Origin: Felis catus
Lineage: Eukaryota
Reading direction: 5' to 3'
Length of the DNA: 64,000 nucleotides
Assembly (NCBI RefSeq): GCF_018350175.1
Contig: NC_058368.1
Location: 134,666,001-134,730,000, forward strand
A program made the position numbers and the translations under genes. This document shows positions 53,320-64,000 of this stretch, piece after piece. Position 1 is the first letter of the stretch. The number at the start of each line of letters is the position of its first letter. The notes under the pieces are model-generated. The model saw nothing but the letters and a program-made list of their open reading frames with translations. It was not told where the DNA came from and searched no databases.

Positions 53320-53483
53320 GAGCGGTGTTTTGCTGCTCTGCCAGATCCTAAGAACCTCCTGAGGTGTGTGAATAAGCCAGATCCCTGGGCTCTGCCTTCG
53401 AAGTTCCGGAGAAGGAGCCTTAGAATCTGCGTTTTTTACCAGTGTCTCAGTTGAGTCTTATAAGCAGGAAAATTTGGGCAACA
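53320..53483. mobile_element. MER5A-like hAT MITE
   Basis: 'cagatccctgggctc...agaatctgcgtttttt...gagtcttataagcaggaaaatttgggcaaca' resembles MER5A/MER5A1. Confidence 0.55.
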
Positions 53484-55697
53484 GGAAAGGAAGCCACATC
53501 TGCAGGCTTGCTGGCACCAGACTTGAGTTGATGAGGCAAGTTTGGCCAGTGTGTGTAAACCAGTGTTGTAATACTGGCAGAGCCCTGTCTAGAGCTGATA
53601 GGCCACCTGTATGCTGTGGGGGTTGCGGGTTGAGATGCCTGTGCAAGAGACGAAATAGTTCAGAGAGGTGGAGGAGAAGGCTGTGAAGGCCACAGAACCA
53701 CCCTCCTCATCGAGGTGTCCCTGTTTCTATTCTGTGTTCACTGCTTCTGGGCTCCCTGCAATAATCCCCCCCTCTCTAGGTCTTAAGCTACGTCCCTTGC
53801 TGAATCCCCTTGCCTAGTGGGGAAGACCAGAGAAAGACATGCTTAGCTGGACAGGCTGTGTGTGCCAAAGTCAATACTGCTCTCGTTCTGTAGCTTTATT
53901 GAAAGGTGTTGTTAAAGGATCCTTCTTGTAACAACTGAGGCCAGTTACTAGCCTCCGGGGACAACGATTTGTGCCGGAAAGATGCCATAAGTTTGGAAAA
54001 ATTGCTCACATCATGGGCCTTCAAATCTCAGGGTGGGGGGGGTGCGGTGGGGGAACAAAAACAGACAGGCTGAGAGGCTGTTAATTTATCAATCTGCAAA
54101 TCTGGGACCTGGCCAGACTTGGTAGCTGTCAAATCAAATATGCACCCAAATTAAAAAGCTTTATCCATCTAGTAATGATTCACCAGAGAGCCATTCTAGG
54201 AGTTCAACTTATGAAAATTCATGGGGGAAGGAACCTTAAAAGGGTCCAAGCAGGCATTTCATGCTACAGTTGGGGCGGGGGGCACGGCGGGGAAGTCAAC
54301 GTATCTAATTATTTTTCACATGGCTCTTATTTACAATATGCATCACAAAGTAAATTACTTTAGTAATTGAGCACATTCTGCAACTGTTGTTAAAACTTGG
54401 GGTAATAAAATCGGGAATATAATAATAATTACCGGAGTAGGACAGACACCAAGCTAATCATGCTGATCACGATTTGTTTGCTGTCTCATTAAGGACTCAG
54501 AACAACCCCTTGAGATGCTTAGTGACTTCCCCAGGTGAACTGTTTTGCAAAGTCCACAGAGTCCACCGCGATGCTTTACATCAAACCTCCCTCTTGCAAA
54601 ATTTTTTGGACTTGTATCTTACTTCATTAAGGTGCTTTCCCCATATGTGTGTATCACACTGACATTGTACACCCTCAGTGCTTGGGGTCATCCTGACTCC
54701 GTAGCCACTAATGTTGCCCTTTTGGTGCTTCTTTACTGTCATGTCACCACATCAACTGGACCCCAAGATCCCTGAGGCTGAGGTTATGTCATATGAGCTC
54801 TTCCTCCTCTTCCCTGAGTTTTCCACAGTATCAGATGCTCCTTAGAAGCTTGTTAAACACATGTCGTATCAGTGGCGATAATAGTAATTATGTTCTTGTA
54901 GCTTAAAGAATGGAAAAAAATTCCTGGAGACATTGAAGAACCACCTGGCTTATTTTGAGATTAAACTGTGTTCTCAGTGAGGATATTTCGCTACCTCAAG
55001 AGCTTATGATTCAAGATTATTAGGAGAAATGAATGAACAAGTAACTGTGACGTTATGGCCCCTATGTAATGGAATATGCATTTTGTAAACTCATTTCCTT
55101 ATCAGTCTTTGCTTAGTCAACCTTGCTTTGCCAGCACTTCATGGCTATGTCCATTTGCTCTGTAGAGAAGCAACAGTTTGAAAAATTAATATTGATTGAG
55201 CTGCAGTAGCCTCGCGTATAGCTATTTATCATCACTAATTACGCTTCTGACTGTGTAACTCTTTCAGAGCAATTTATAGGAACAAAATTCATTACTCACA
55301 AAAACCAGTGACAGATGTCCGGGATGGAGGGTTACAGCCAGCAGGCCTCACTAATCAGCACTTCCCTTCCTCAGCCTGCTGCTCACTTTACGCAGTGTCT
55401 CCATGGTCGTCGATAAGCATGGTTCACATAAGTCTTGAGAGAGAAATCTGGAGGCAGTCTTCAAAGAATCAGTGACAGCCCTCTACCATTCAGCTCTTGA
55501 ATGTTTCAAATAAAAGATCAAGGGTAAATTTTGTCTTATTTTAGTTAGAAGAATTTCCTCCAAAGCATTTTCAATGAAATGGGTAGAATTCCTTTGGTGA
55601 ATTATCAAAGTGGGCAGCTACACTCCTTGTTATATTATTAATGAGGTAGACTGTGAGATGTCTCTTATAAGAGGGCTATTAATTTCTTTTTGGAAGG

Positions 55698-56125
55698 TTT
55701 TATTTTGATGCCAGTGAGTTAACACAGTGTTTTAGTAGTTTCAGGTGCACAGTATAATCATTCAACAGTTCTGTACATTACCCGGTGCTCATCACAAGTG
55801 CATTTCCTAATCCCTGTCGTCTACTTCACCCCATCTCCCCATCGCTGCTCTGGTCCCCATCAGTTCTCTATAGTTAAGAGTCTAGTTCGTGGTTTGTCTC
55901 TCTTTTTTCTTCCCTCTGTACATTTATTTCTTCGATTCCACATAATGAGTGAAATCAGTATGGTCTTAACTCTTTTTCTGACCGCCTTATTTTGCTTAGC
56001 ATTATACTTTCTAGTTCCATCCACGTCGTTGCAGATAGGAAGATTTCGTTCTTTTTTATAGCTGAATAACATTCCATGGTGTATATATACCGCATCTTCT
56101 TTATCCATTCATCAGTTGATAGACA
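55698..56125 (-). mobile_element. L1 3' end (carnivore L1-like)
   Basis: Minus-strand ORF 55860-56108 resembles the L1 ORF2 C-terminus region; 'ttccacataatgagtgaaatc', 'ctttatccattcatcagttgatagaca'. Confidence 0.85.
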
Positions 56126-56458
56126 AGAGTTGCTATTTAATCATTCTTAAAGTGATCTCTTTCTGTATCTTATATACTAAAAAATAATTTATCTTCCATA
56201 GAATACCAAAGCAGATTGTTTTCTCATACATTATAAACCAGTCCGTTGCCATTCCCACCCCTACTTCCGTGGAATCTACTTTGGTTGAGGTTTTGAAAAG
56301 TGATGGCTTTTATGTATACCCTGAATGTTGCCATTGTGTGTGTTCAATTTGCCACTTAATCCGTCATTTTACCTAGATTGTCTCTCCTAAATTAAGTCAA
56401 CTCATTAGTCAGTGCTAATGAAGAAAGATGTCACAGGTTTGACCCAGTAGGAAGTGTG

Positions 56459-56461
<3 letters not shown>

Positions 56462-56493
<32 letters not shown>
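56462..56493. repeat. (TG)n microsatellite
   Basis: Direct inspection. Confidence 0.95.
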
Positions 56494-56494
<1 letters not shown>

Positions 56495-57442
56495 TATTTT
56501 TTCAAGAATCTTGAATTTATTATATTGAAATGTATTTAAAGAAGCACAAAATATATGAAGGAAATTCAATTTTGCTCATGAGAATAGTACACATGAAAAT
56601 ATATCTCCATGTTACAGGCAGAAATCATACCAGTTTTTAAAATTGAGAATGGCATGGGGAAATTTGTGCAAGAACAGCTAATGCCAGAGAAAATACCTCT
56701 GTAGGAACACTAGCTAGGTCAGTGTTTCCTTAATTACTCACTGCCAACTGTCAGTCTAATTGCAAATAATAAATGAGTCTTGCACGTTGAAGGTCTCTGT
56801 ATATTTCTTTATTTCATGGCCAGTCCTAGCTCTGTATGATCTGGACTCCAGAGTGGAAGCAAAAGTAGTGGATGTCTGTTAAATTCACTCCTGCTGAAAA
56901 TACAGTTTTCTTTTTACTTTCCCCCCTGTGTGCCCTTAGAAAAAAGGTGTTGGGTAATAAAATGCTGAGAGGTTAACTCAGCTAAGCTCTGTGGGTATAA
57001 GCTCAATAAACAAATTTTACCATGAGCAGGAAAATATTCATCATATTATGTCACGAGTATTATAAAATAGATAAAACAGTTGGTGCACAAGGCTGTGAGC
57101 AAGTCTTCTGGAGTTAAGTTGGGCCTGCAAAATTCAAGATTATAAATAATGTTTACATGAGGCTGGGCCTGAAAGAAGTGAGATCATTACTTTATAGGAT
57201 CTGTCTCCTAGTAATAGAGTTGTAGATCTTTGGGTCGTGAATCTTGGCTGACACTGGATACGTTGGGGCAATCTAAAATGGCTCATTATGCTTGTCTACA
57301 CAAACGCTTTGGACAACAGTTTCTGGAATTCAGCTCCGTGGTTAGAACGAATCAGGGTCATTGTTTGACTTTTCACCCATGGTTAACTGCCCTTGAAACA
57401 TGCCCATGGGCCACAGATTGCCAACTCAGGAGCCAGGTAACT

Positions 57443-57808
57443 ACTGTTGACCCTTGAACAACAGGGAGGTTAGCCATGTCAAACACCCTGCACAGTTAAA
57501 ACACTGCCTATAACTTTTGACTCCACAAAAACTTAACTATTCATAGCCTGCTGTTGGCCAGAAGCCTTACCAATAACCTACTCAATTAACACTTATTTTG
57601 TATGTTATATAGAAATACTACATTAATTATATGTATGTTATATATAAATATTACATTATATAACATAAACACATATTATAAATATATGGCCATATGTATA
57701 TGTGTAAATATAAAAATATAATATATACATATAATTTTTATGTATAACATACATGTAATACATAATACACACTCGGGCAGCTCAAACCCATGTTCAAGAG
57801 TCAAGTGT
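57443..57808. mobile_element. Tigger2a/MER8-like TcMar MITE
   Basis: TIRs 'ctgttgacccttgaacaac' and 'gttcaagagtcaagtg' with TA flanks; internal 'tataacttttgactcc..aaaaacttaacta...agcct..ctgttg.ccagaagccttacc'. Confidence 0.8.
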
Positions 57809-58070
57809 AATTCCAATGAGTAAAGTGGAGCTTGGATAAGCAATAGGGTGGTGAGGGACTGTGGCAAACTCAGACCCCACTAAGGGAGCAGCTGCAGTAC
57901 AAGTTACAGCCTTGTTACTGAGAGAGAATCTGGACCCAGTGTTGTTAGCTCTGACGTTACAAGAAAAGCCAGAAACCTAGGACTTTTATGTAAAAAATAT
58001 TCCCATTTTTCACATAGTCAGCCAGTTCAAACATGTTAAAGGCATGTTTATGGAGGGCAAGGAGAAGACC

Positions 58071-58301
58071 TTTCTTTTTTTTTTTTTAATTTTTTTTTTC
58101 AACGTTTATTTATTTTTGGGACAGAGAGAGACAGAGCATGAATGGGGGAGGGGCACAGAGAGAGGGAGACACAGAATCGGAAACAGGCTCCAGGCTCTGA
58201 GCCATCAGCCCAGAGCCCGACGCGGGGCTCGAACTCACGGACTGCGAGATCGTGACCTGGCTGAAGTCGGACGCTTAACCGACTGCGCCACTCAGGCGCC
58301 C
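58071..58301 (-). mobile_element. Young Can-SINE (SINEC_Fc)
   Basis: Near-identical to the 12500 and 41497 copies; outer TSD aaggagaagac. Confidence 0.97.
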
Positions 58302-58502
58302 CTTTTTTTTTTTTTAATTTTTTTTAAGGAGAAGACATTCTTGATAAGAGCTGGCTTTTGGCTCTGAGGCTAGTGGGTGTGCAAATTAATAACTTTACAT
58401 TAAGAGTCCAAGTAGCAAGAGCTGTAGGTACATCAGTAGAAACCTGTCATCACTCCTGAGAAAGCACCTCTACCAACCTCACGACTTTCTGCCCTTGGAT
58501 CA

Positions 58503-59162
58503 TGTAGTACGTGAATGGTGGTCCCCACAATGATACTTGAATATTCTTTTTTTTTTTAATTTATTTTAAACTTTGCATGAACGGGGGAGGGTCAGAGAGA
58601 GGGAGACACAGAATCTGAAACAGGCTCCAGGCTCTGAGCTGTCAGCACAGACCCCAACGCAGGGCTCGAACTCACAGACCGTGAGATCATGACCTGAGCC
58701 GAGGTTGGACGCCCAACCAACTGAGTCACCCAGGCGCCCCAATACTTGAATGTTCTATCTCCCCAAACATGTGAGTGTGATCTTACTTTGAAAAAGGGTC
58801 TTTGCAAATATAATTTAGGTAGGGACCCTAAGGTGATTACTCTGGATTATCCATGTGGGCCCCAAATCCAGTGACAAGTGTCCTTTAAGAACACATGCAG
58901 AGGATGTGAGTGGAGAAGAGAGGACCAGGGAAGACAAGGGCAGAGATTGGAGTTATATGGGCAGAAGCCATGGAACACCTGAAGCCACTAGAAGCTGGAA
59001 CAGGCAATGAACCGCATCTGCCCTAGAGCCCTCAGAGGAAACCTGGTCCCGTTGACACCTTGACTTCGTACTTCTAGCCTCCAGAACTCTGAGAATTACT
59101 TTCTGCTGTTTTAAGCCACCAAGTGTGTGGTAATTCCTTATGGCAGTCATAGGAAACTAACA
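58503..59162. mobile_element. MaLR LTR (MLT1-like) with Can-SINE inserted at 58548-58740
   Basis: 'tgaatggtggtcccca...aaaagggtctttgcaaat...ccagaactctgagaa...ttttaagccaccaagt...aggaaactaaca'; SINE TSD atacttgaat. Confidence 0.85.
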
Positions 59163-59976
59163 GAGGTCAGTCACCTCATCTTTGTAAACAGGGCATCATA
59201 GCATCACCTTCACCATCTGATATTTGATGGTGACTCTGAGGATGATGGATTTATCAAGAATTTGTGCCAAAAATGAAAATCAACTCCTCCAGTTATACTC
59301 TAGTTGTCATGACCTCAAAACTAAACTGAAATGCTCATATCACCCACAGAGAAAATGAAACTTCAGAGAAAAATACCATTCAAGAGAGAGCTACACTGAG
59401 AACCATGTACATTTGGGCCACTCACTGTGCCTAAGAAGTCAGTACGGCATTGAGTATAATCACATATTCTGACTGGTATTTGTTCTTGCCTCCGTTGCTG
59501 TGGATTGAATGTGAGAGCTGTAACCAAGACATCCTCATGGATCTGAAGGCTGTGGAGGCAGCAGTCATTTTATAAAGTCTAGACACTTATCTAAATGAGA
59601 GTTTAAAAACCAAAGCTGACATAGCAAATTACACAAGGGAAAACTCCATTAGAGGCCACAGAGCATTAGGATCATTCAACTCATTTATCATCCTTTGTTA
59701 AGTAAGCATGTTGAATCCCCTATGCTGCCCCCAACGTGGTTTCCTCTAAAGCCCACTAGAGAAATTGGGTATATTGAGCTTCTCCAGCAGAAAAAAGGGC
59801 AAGACTATCAAACAGGTACATGTGACCTATTTCAGGAGTGCATCTCTTCCTATATGCCTGATTTGTGATGCACATCCTTAGAAACCTTATGGAACCAGAA
59901 TCTGATTCTCCTTTAAATTTGTATGGTCCTTTGTACCTTTTTTAAGGCTTTATTTTGTTCATTCAAGATCTGTTGT

Positions 59977-60165
59977 GAGCGCCTGGGTGCCTCAATCGTT
60001 AAGCATCTGACTTTGGCTCAGGTCATGATCTAAGGGTTCATGAGTTCGAGTCCCTGCATTGGGTGACCATGAGCCCTGCTTCTCTCTCTCTCTCTCTCTC
60101 TCTCTGTTTCTCTGCTCCTTGCGGGATTATCTCTCTGTCCCTTGCTCTCTCTCTCTCTAAGAAAG

Positions 60166-60232
<67 letters not shown>

Positions 60233-60348
60233 AGGAAGGAAGGAAGGAAGGAAGGAAGGAAGGAAGGAAGGAAGGAAGGAAGGAAGGAAGAAAGAAAGAA
60301 GGAAAGAAAGAAAAAAAAGAAAGAAAAAAGAAAAGAAAGAGAAAGAAA
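59977..60348 (+). mobile_element. Diverged Can-SINE whose tail has expanded into a compound (GAAA)n(GGAA)n microsatellite
   Basis: SINE head at 59977, (CT)n, then tetranucleotide arrays at 60160-60348. Confidence 0.9.
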
Positions 60349-60974
60349 ATCTGTCATGCACTTACCTTTGTCCATTAGAGGTCTATATCTTCTCTCAAGG
60401 ACTTTACCATCTAATTGGAGAGACAGACATGGAACAGTCACAGAGCCAAGAGGGTGAGAGTCGAAATAAAGATGTATCCACAATACTATGGAAGTAAAGC
60501 AGACAGTGACACACTGACCTGGACATAGTGTCTTAGTGGAGTTGTCCCTGGAGCCTGGTCTTAAAATCATCTGTAAATGTGAGGCAGCTCAGAGTGTTAT
60601 GTACAAAGGTACAGAGACATGGTAATGGGGGGTGGGGGGCACATGGCATGTTTGGTAACTGATAGGAAATTCAAGATGGCTGTAGAGGCAGGTTCAGGGG
60701 GCCGGAAGGAAAAGCAGGTGGTTGCCTCTCTCATCGTGATTTCTGCTTCCTTCTCCTCCATCCTATTCCTGATTTGGATGAGACCTTCATTATCCCCTGC
60801 ATGGACCTCCACATGAACCTCACCAAGCCTCAAGTGTTAATCTCCACAGTGCCACCAGGGTCACCACAATTAAACAGCAGTCAGAGCATATGGCTACAGT
60901 TGAAAACCCCGTGGTCCATTTCTAGTGCCCCTAAGATCAAGGCCCAATTTCACATGTCCCTGCCTACCCCTGTA

Positions 60975-61352
60975 GGCTTGTATTAATCTTCAGGACTGCT
61001 GTAATGAAGTACCACAGCCTGGATGACTCAAATAGCAGAAGTTTATTTTCTTAAAGTTAGGGAGGCTAGAAGTCCAAGATCAAGGTGTCCACAACATTTG
61101 TTTCTTCTGAGGCCTTCAGGGAAAGATCTGTTCCAGGCCTCTCTCCTTGGTTTGTATGTAGCTGCCTTCTCCTTGGGTCCTAATCTTTTCTTATAATGAC
61201 AACAATCATGTTGGATGAGGGCTTACCCTTTCTCATTTTAACTTAATTACCTCTTCAAATATCCTAACTCTAAATACAGGGACATTTTGAGGTACTAAGG
61301 ATTGGGACTTCAATATAAACATGTTTAGGTGGGTATAATTTGGCCCATAACA
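60975..61352. mobile_element. MaLR LTR (MLT1A/B-like)
   Basis: 'ggactgctgtaatgaagtaccacag...ggaggctagaagtccaagatcaaggtgtc...gaggtactaagg..ggacttcaa...cccataaca'. Confidence 0.8.
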
Positions 61353-63521
61353 GAGGTCATCTCCTGTCATTGCCCACACTCCATACCATGCATTATGTCT
61401 TTGCCTGGACTTTTTTCTCTGCCTGGAATGCCCTGACCACATTTTTCTTGAGAGCCAAGGGAGTGTAATGGTTAACAGCATTGATCCCAAAACCCCAAAA
61501 TCCGGTTTGGGATCCTGGCTCTGCCATTTCCATTATTGTGTGACTTTGAACTTCTCACTTAACCTACCTAATCTCAGTTTTCTCATTTGTACAGTGGGAA
61601 CCATATCTCTTACCAAAAATTATAAAGATAAAATTAGTCAATATGTGTAGAGCACTTAGAACAGTGCCCAGTATAAATGCTGTTTAAGAGTTCTCTGTTA
61701 TAATTATTGTGCCCTGGTGGAGTCCTGTTCCGCATAGAAGGCTTGGGTCAAGAGCCACCTCTTTTGAGAACACTTCTCTGACCTCACATCATGTTTCATG
61801 TTCCCACAGGAAATTGATGCCAGTTAATATGTATATATTTGAGTATCAGTTGCCTTTCCCACTATTCTGTGACTCTATAAGGCCAGAGACCTCTCTTCTT
61901 AGACCTCAGAGGCCCAGTCTCTAGAGTCAAACAGCCAGGGCCCACACCCAGCACCAAGAAGTACTAGCTATATGCCTTCAGCAGTTGTATCTAAGCACTC
62001 CTAGATTTCATCATCTGTAGAATGACATAATAATGATGGCTACCTCATTGGGATATTGTGAAGATTACAGTGTATTAGACATGTAAAGTGTATATCTGCT
62101 ATGGAGTTAAGGACTAATGATGATTAGCTGTTACCTATTTTTATAAGCTTTGTATGTACATCCAGCATCTGGCACTCTACATCTAGCACTTAAAAGGTGT
62201 ACAATAATGTTTAGTTCGAATGTGATTGAAGAGACTTGAATAGAATAGAGACAGATTGAACGCCAATAGCTTAGGCCTAGAAGTGGTCCAAGAATAAAAA
62301 TGATGAGGGCCAGAACCAAGGCAACTGAAACAGGATGGAGAGAGAGGAGAAACTGTAGGGAAGTTTCCAGGCTTGAATGTAGTGAGTGGATAGAGAGAAT
62401 GAAAGAAGGGGGAGTCACAGTGACCAGGTGAGTGGTAGTGTCATTGCCAAGACAGGAAACATGGGAGGGGAAAGATAAACACATCATTTTCAGTTGTCAT
62501 GGTTTGCAGTCCAATGAGGTGGCAAAGTATAGATGTCTGCTGGGGACTAAGGTCTGTATATGGAAAACAAGACCATGCTTTTATAGAAATAATGGTCCTG
62601 GAGCCATCGGAAGATTCTCTTCAGGTGAAGAGCCAAGGACAAGAAGCACAGTGAAGCCCATGGCTTTCTGCTCTTTCCATCACACCTGTTGGTATCCTCT
62701 CCATTGTGAGTCTAGAACCTCTTCATACACAAAGTCCAGGATCCTCTACCGTACATTAGCCCAGACAGATGTAAAAAATCCTATTTTTCTTCCTGTCTTC
62801 ACCTATTTCTCATCCTTCCCATCCGTGCCTCCTAGGATTGAATCCCTGCCAAAATACTAACTTGGGAAGCCCAGGAGACACATGACCTAAAATTGCCTAT
62901 TAGGGAAATACCAACTTTACTTGTGTGGGTATTACATTGGAAAAATTAAAATAAGTTTCTTTCTTAGGTGTCCTTTATCTGTTTTCTTTTTAAGAAGCAT
63001 GATATAAAATCTATTTCTAATCATCTAATTTCAGGGAAACCATGTGAACAAAGTTCTTTACAATGGGAAGAATAGAGAAGTGTCCAAGGATGGTGAACCA
63101 TAACATTCTTGGTTTTACTTTAGTAAAAAAAAACAAAAACAGAAAAGCAACAAAAAAACACACCACATTGTATAAGATATAACCTTAAAATGAAATTCCA
63201 TGTACAAAAGTTGAGAATCCACAAGCAGGGTTTGATTTTTGTTTTGTTTTTGTTTTTCCTTGTTTTGTTTTTTGCTTCCTGTTCATAAACTATTCCAGTC
63301 TGATCCCTCCTCATTGACAAGATTTTCCCCTAGGACATGCCTCCCTAGTGCTGCTTCTCATGAGGGGCAAGGGGAAGCTGACAAAGGCTGAGATCACCCC
63401 AGTGTCTTTTCTTTCCCTCCAATGTCTTTTTCAAAATCAGTATTCCATTATTGTATTGTTATAATTGCAACACATACTTCTCAGAAAACACAGCAAGAAA
63501 ATAGTATAAAATTTCTTAAAA

Positions 63522-63748
63522 ATTTTTTTTAAATGTTTATTTATTTTTGAGAGAGAGAGAGAGAGAGAGAGATGGAGTGTGAGCCAGGGAGGGGCACAGA
63601 GAGAGAGAGGGAGACACAGAATCCAAAGCAGCCTCCAGGATCTGAGCTGTCAGCACAGAGCATGACATGGGGCTTGAATGCACAAACCGTGAGATCATGA
63701 CCTGACCTGATGTCAGACATTTAACTGACTGAGCCACCCAGGTGCCCC
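63522..63748 (-). mobile_element. Can-SINE
   Basis: SINE consensus; TSD agtataaaa(a)tttctt. Confidence 0.95.
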
Positions 63749-64000
63749 AGTATAAAATTTCTTGATATCCATAACCACATACACCCAGAGATAACCAGTA
63801 TTAACACTTTGGTGTATAGCCTTTATATTCCTTATGGGTATAGACTGAGATACTAGAAATCTAGATCTGAATGAAAGATGATAGCTATAGATGTGTTTAT
63901 AGATACACTCGGGTTTATAAGTACAGATATAGCTGTGTTTCTAGATAGAGCTATCTGATGGCAGGGCTCCCACGTAGAGCTGCAGCGGTTGCTCAAGATG

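Larger units (their letters stand above)
36760..57370 (+). pseudogene. Multi-exon unprocessed (candidate unitary) pseudogene encoding a large calcyphosin (CAPS2/CAPSL)-like multi-EF-hand protein
   Basis: Hand-built exon chain, mostly AG/GT-bounded: 36760-36953, 39169-39332, 42648-42747, 44621-44645, 45770-~46055, ~47256-47374, 49042-49069, 49157-49190, 49556-49841, 52151-52171, 52260-52285, 53031-53255, 53485-53608, 53894-54032, 54535-54631, 54902-55040, 55375-55523, 56242-56436, 56618-56717, 57198-~57370. Calcyphosin-like motifs include VLN*EGNWDLEFSFF, VVGAMTEHR, LLGEMNEQ and AHYACL..EFSSVVRT. Multiple stops and frameshifts. Confidence 0.7.

Noticed and set aside
53031..57370. Calling the fossil gene CAPS2, CAPS or CAPSL itself
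   Set aside because: Similarity is motif-level only, the module appears repeated, and the N-terminal exons do not match those proteins as I recall them, so no symbol was assigned.
60038..60570. K/E/R-rich and F/L/S-rich ORFs of up to 144 aa
   Set aside because: Translations of the (GAAA)n(GGAA)n microsatellite and adjacent SINE.
1..64000. Prokaryotic-type systems (CRISPR arrays, operons, rRNA)
   Set aside because: The sequence is clearly mammalian, with no regularly spaced repeat-spacer array or rRNA-like sequence.

Overview
Mammalian genomic DNA, almost certainly felid (cat-like), judging by ~24 tRNA-derived carnivore Can-SINEs of the SINEC_Fc type. It is repeat-rich (L1, L2, CR1/L3, MaLR/ERVL LTRs, hAT and Tigger DNA transposons), and I can support no intact protein-coding gene. 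Nearly all listed ORFs are repeat-derived or chance. The main hidden structure, read by hand, is a ~20-exon intron-containing decayed gene on the + strand (~36.7-57.4 kb). It starts at a CpG-containing promoter with tandem CCAAT boxes and an RFX-like half-site. Many consecutive exons have canonical splice sites and compatible phases, and the C-terminal half resembles up to three tandem calcyphosin (CAPS2/CAPSL)-type EF-hand modules. Scattered stops and frameshifts make it a candidate unitary pseudogene, possibly still transcribed as a spliced non-coding RNA. Also present: an antisense processed RPL23A pseudogene in one intron, a local duplication of exon 2 plus an adjacent SINE, and a long rearranged CR1 fossil. 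Protein and repeat family calls come from recalled consensus motifs, not database searches, and repeat boundaries are approximate.
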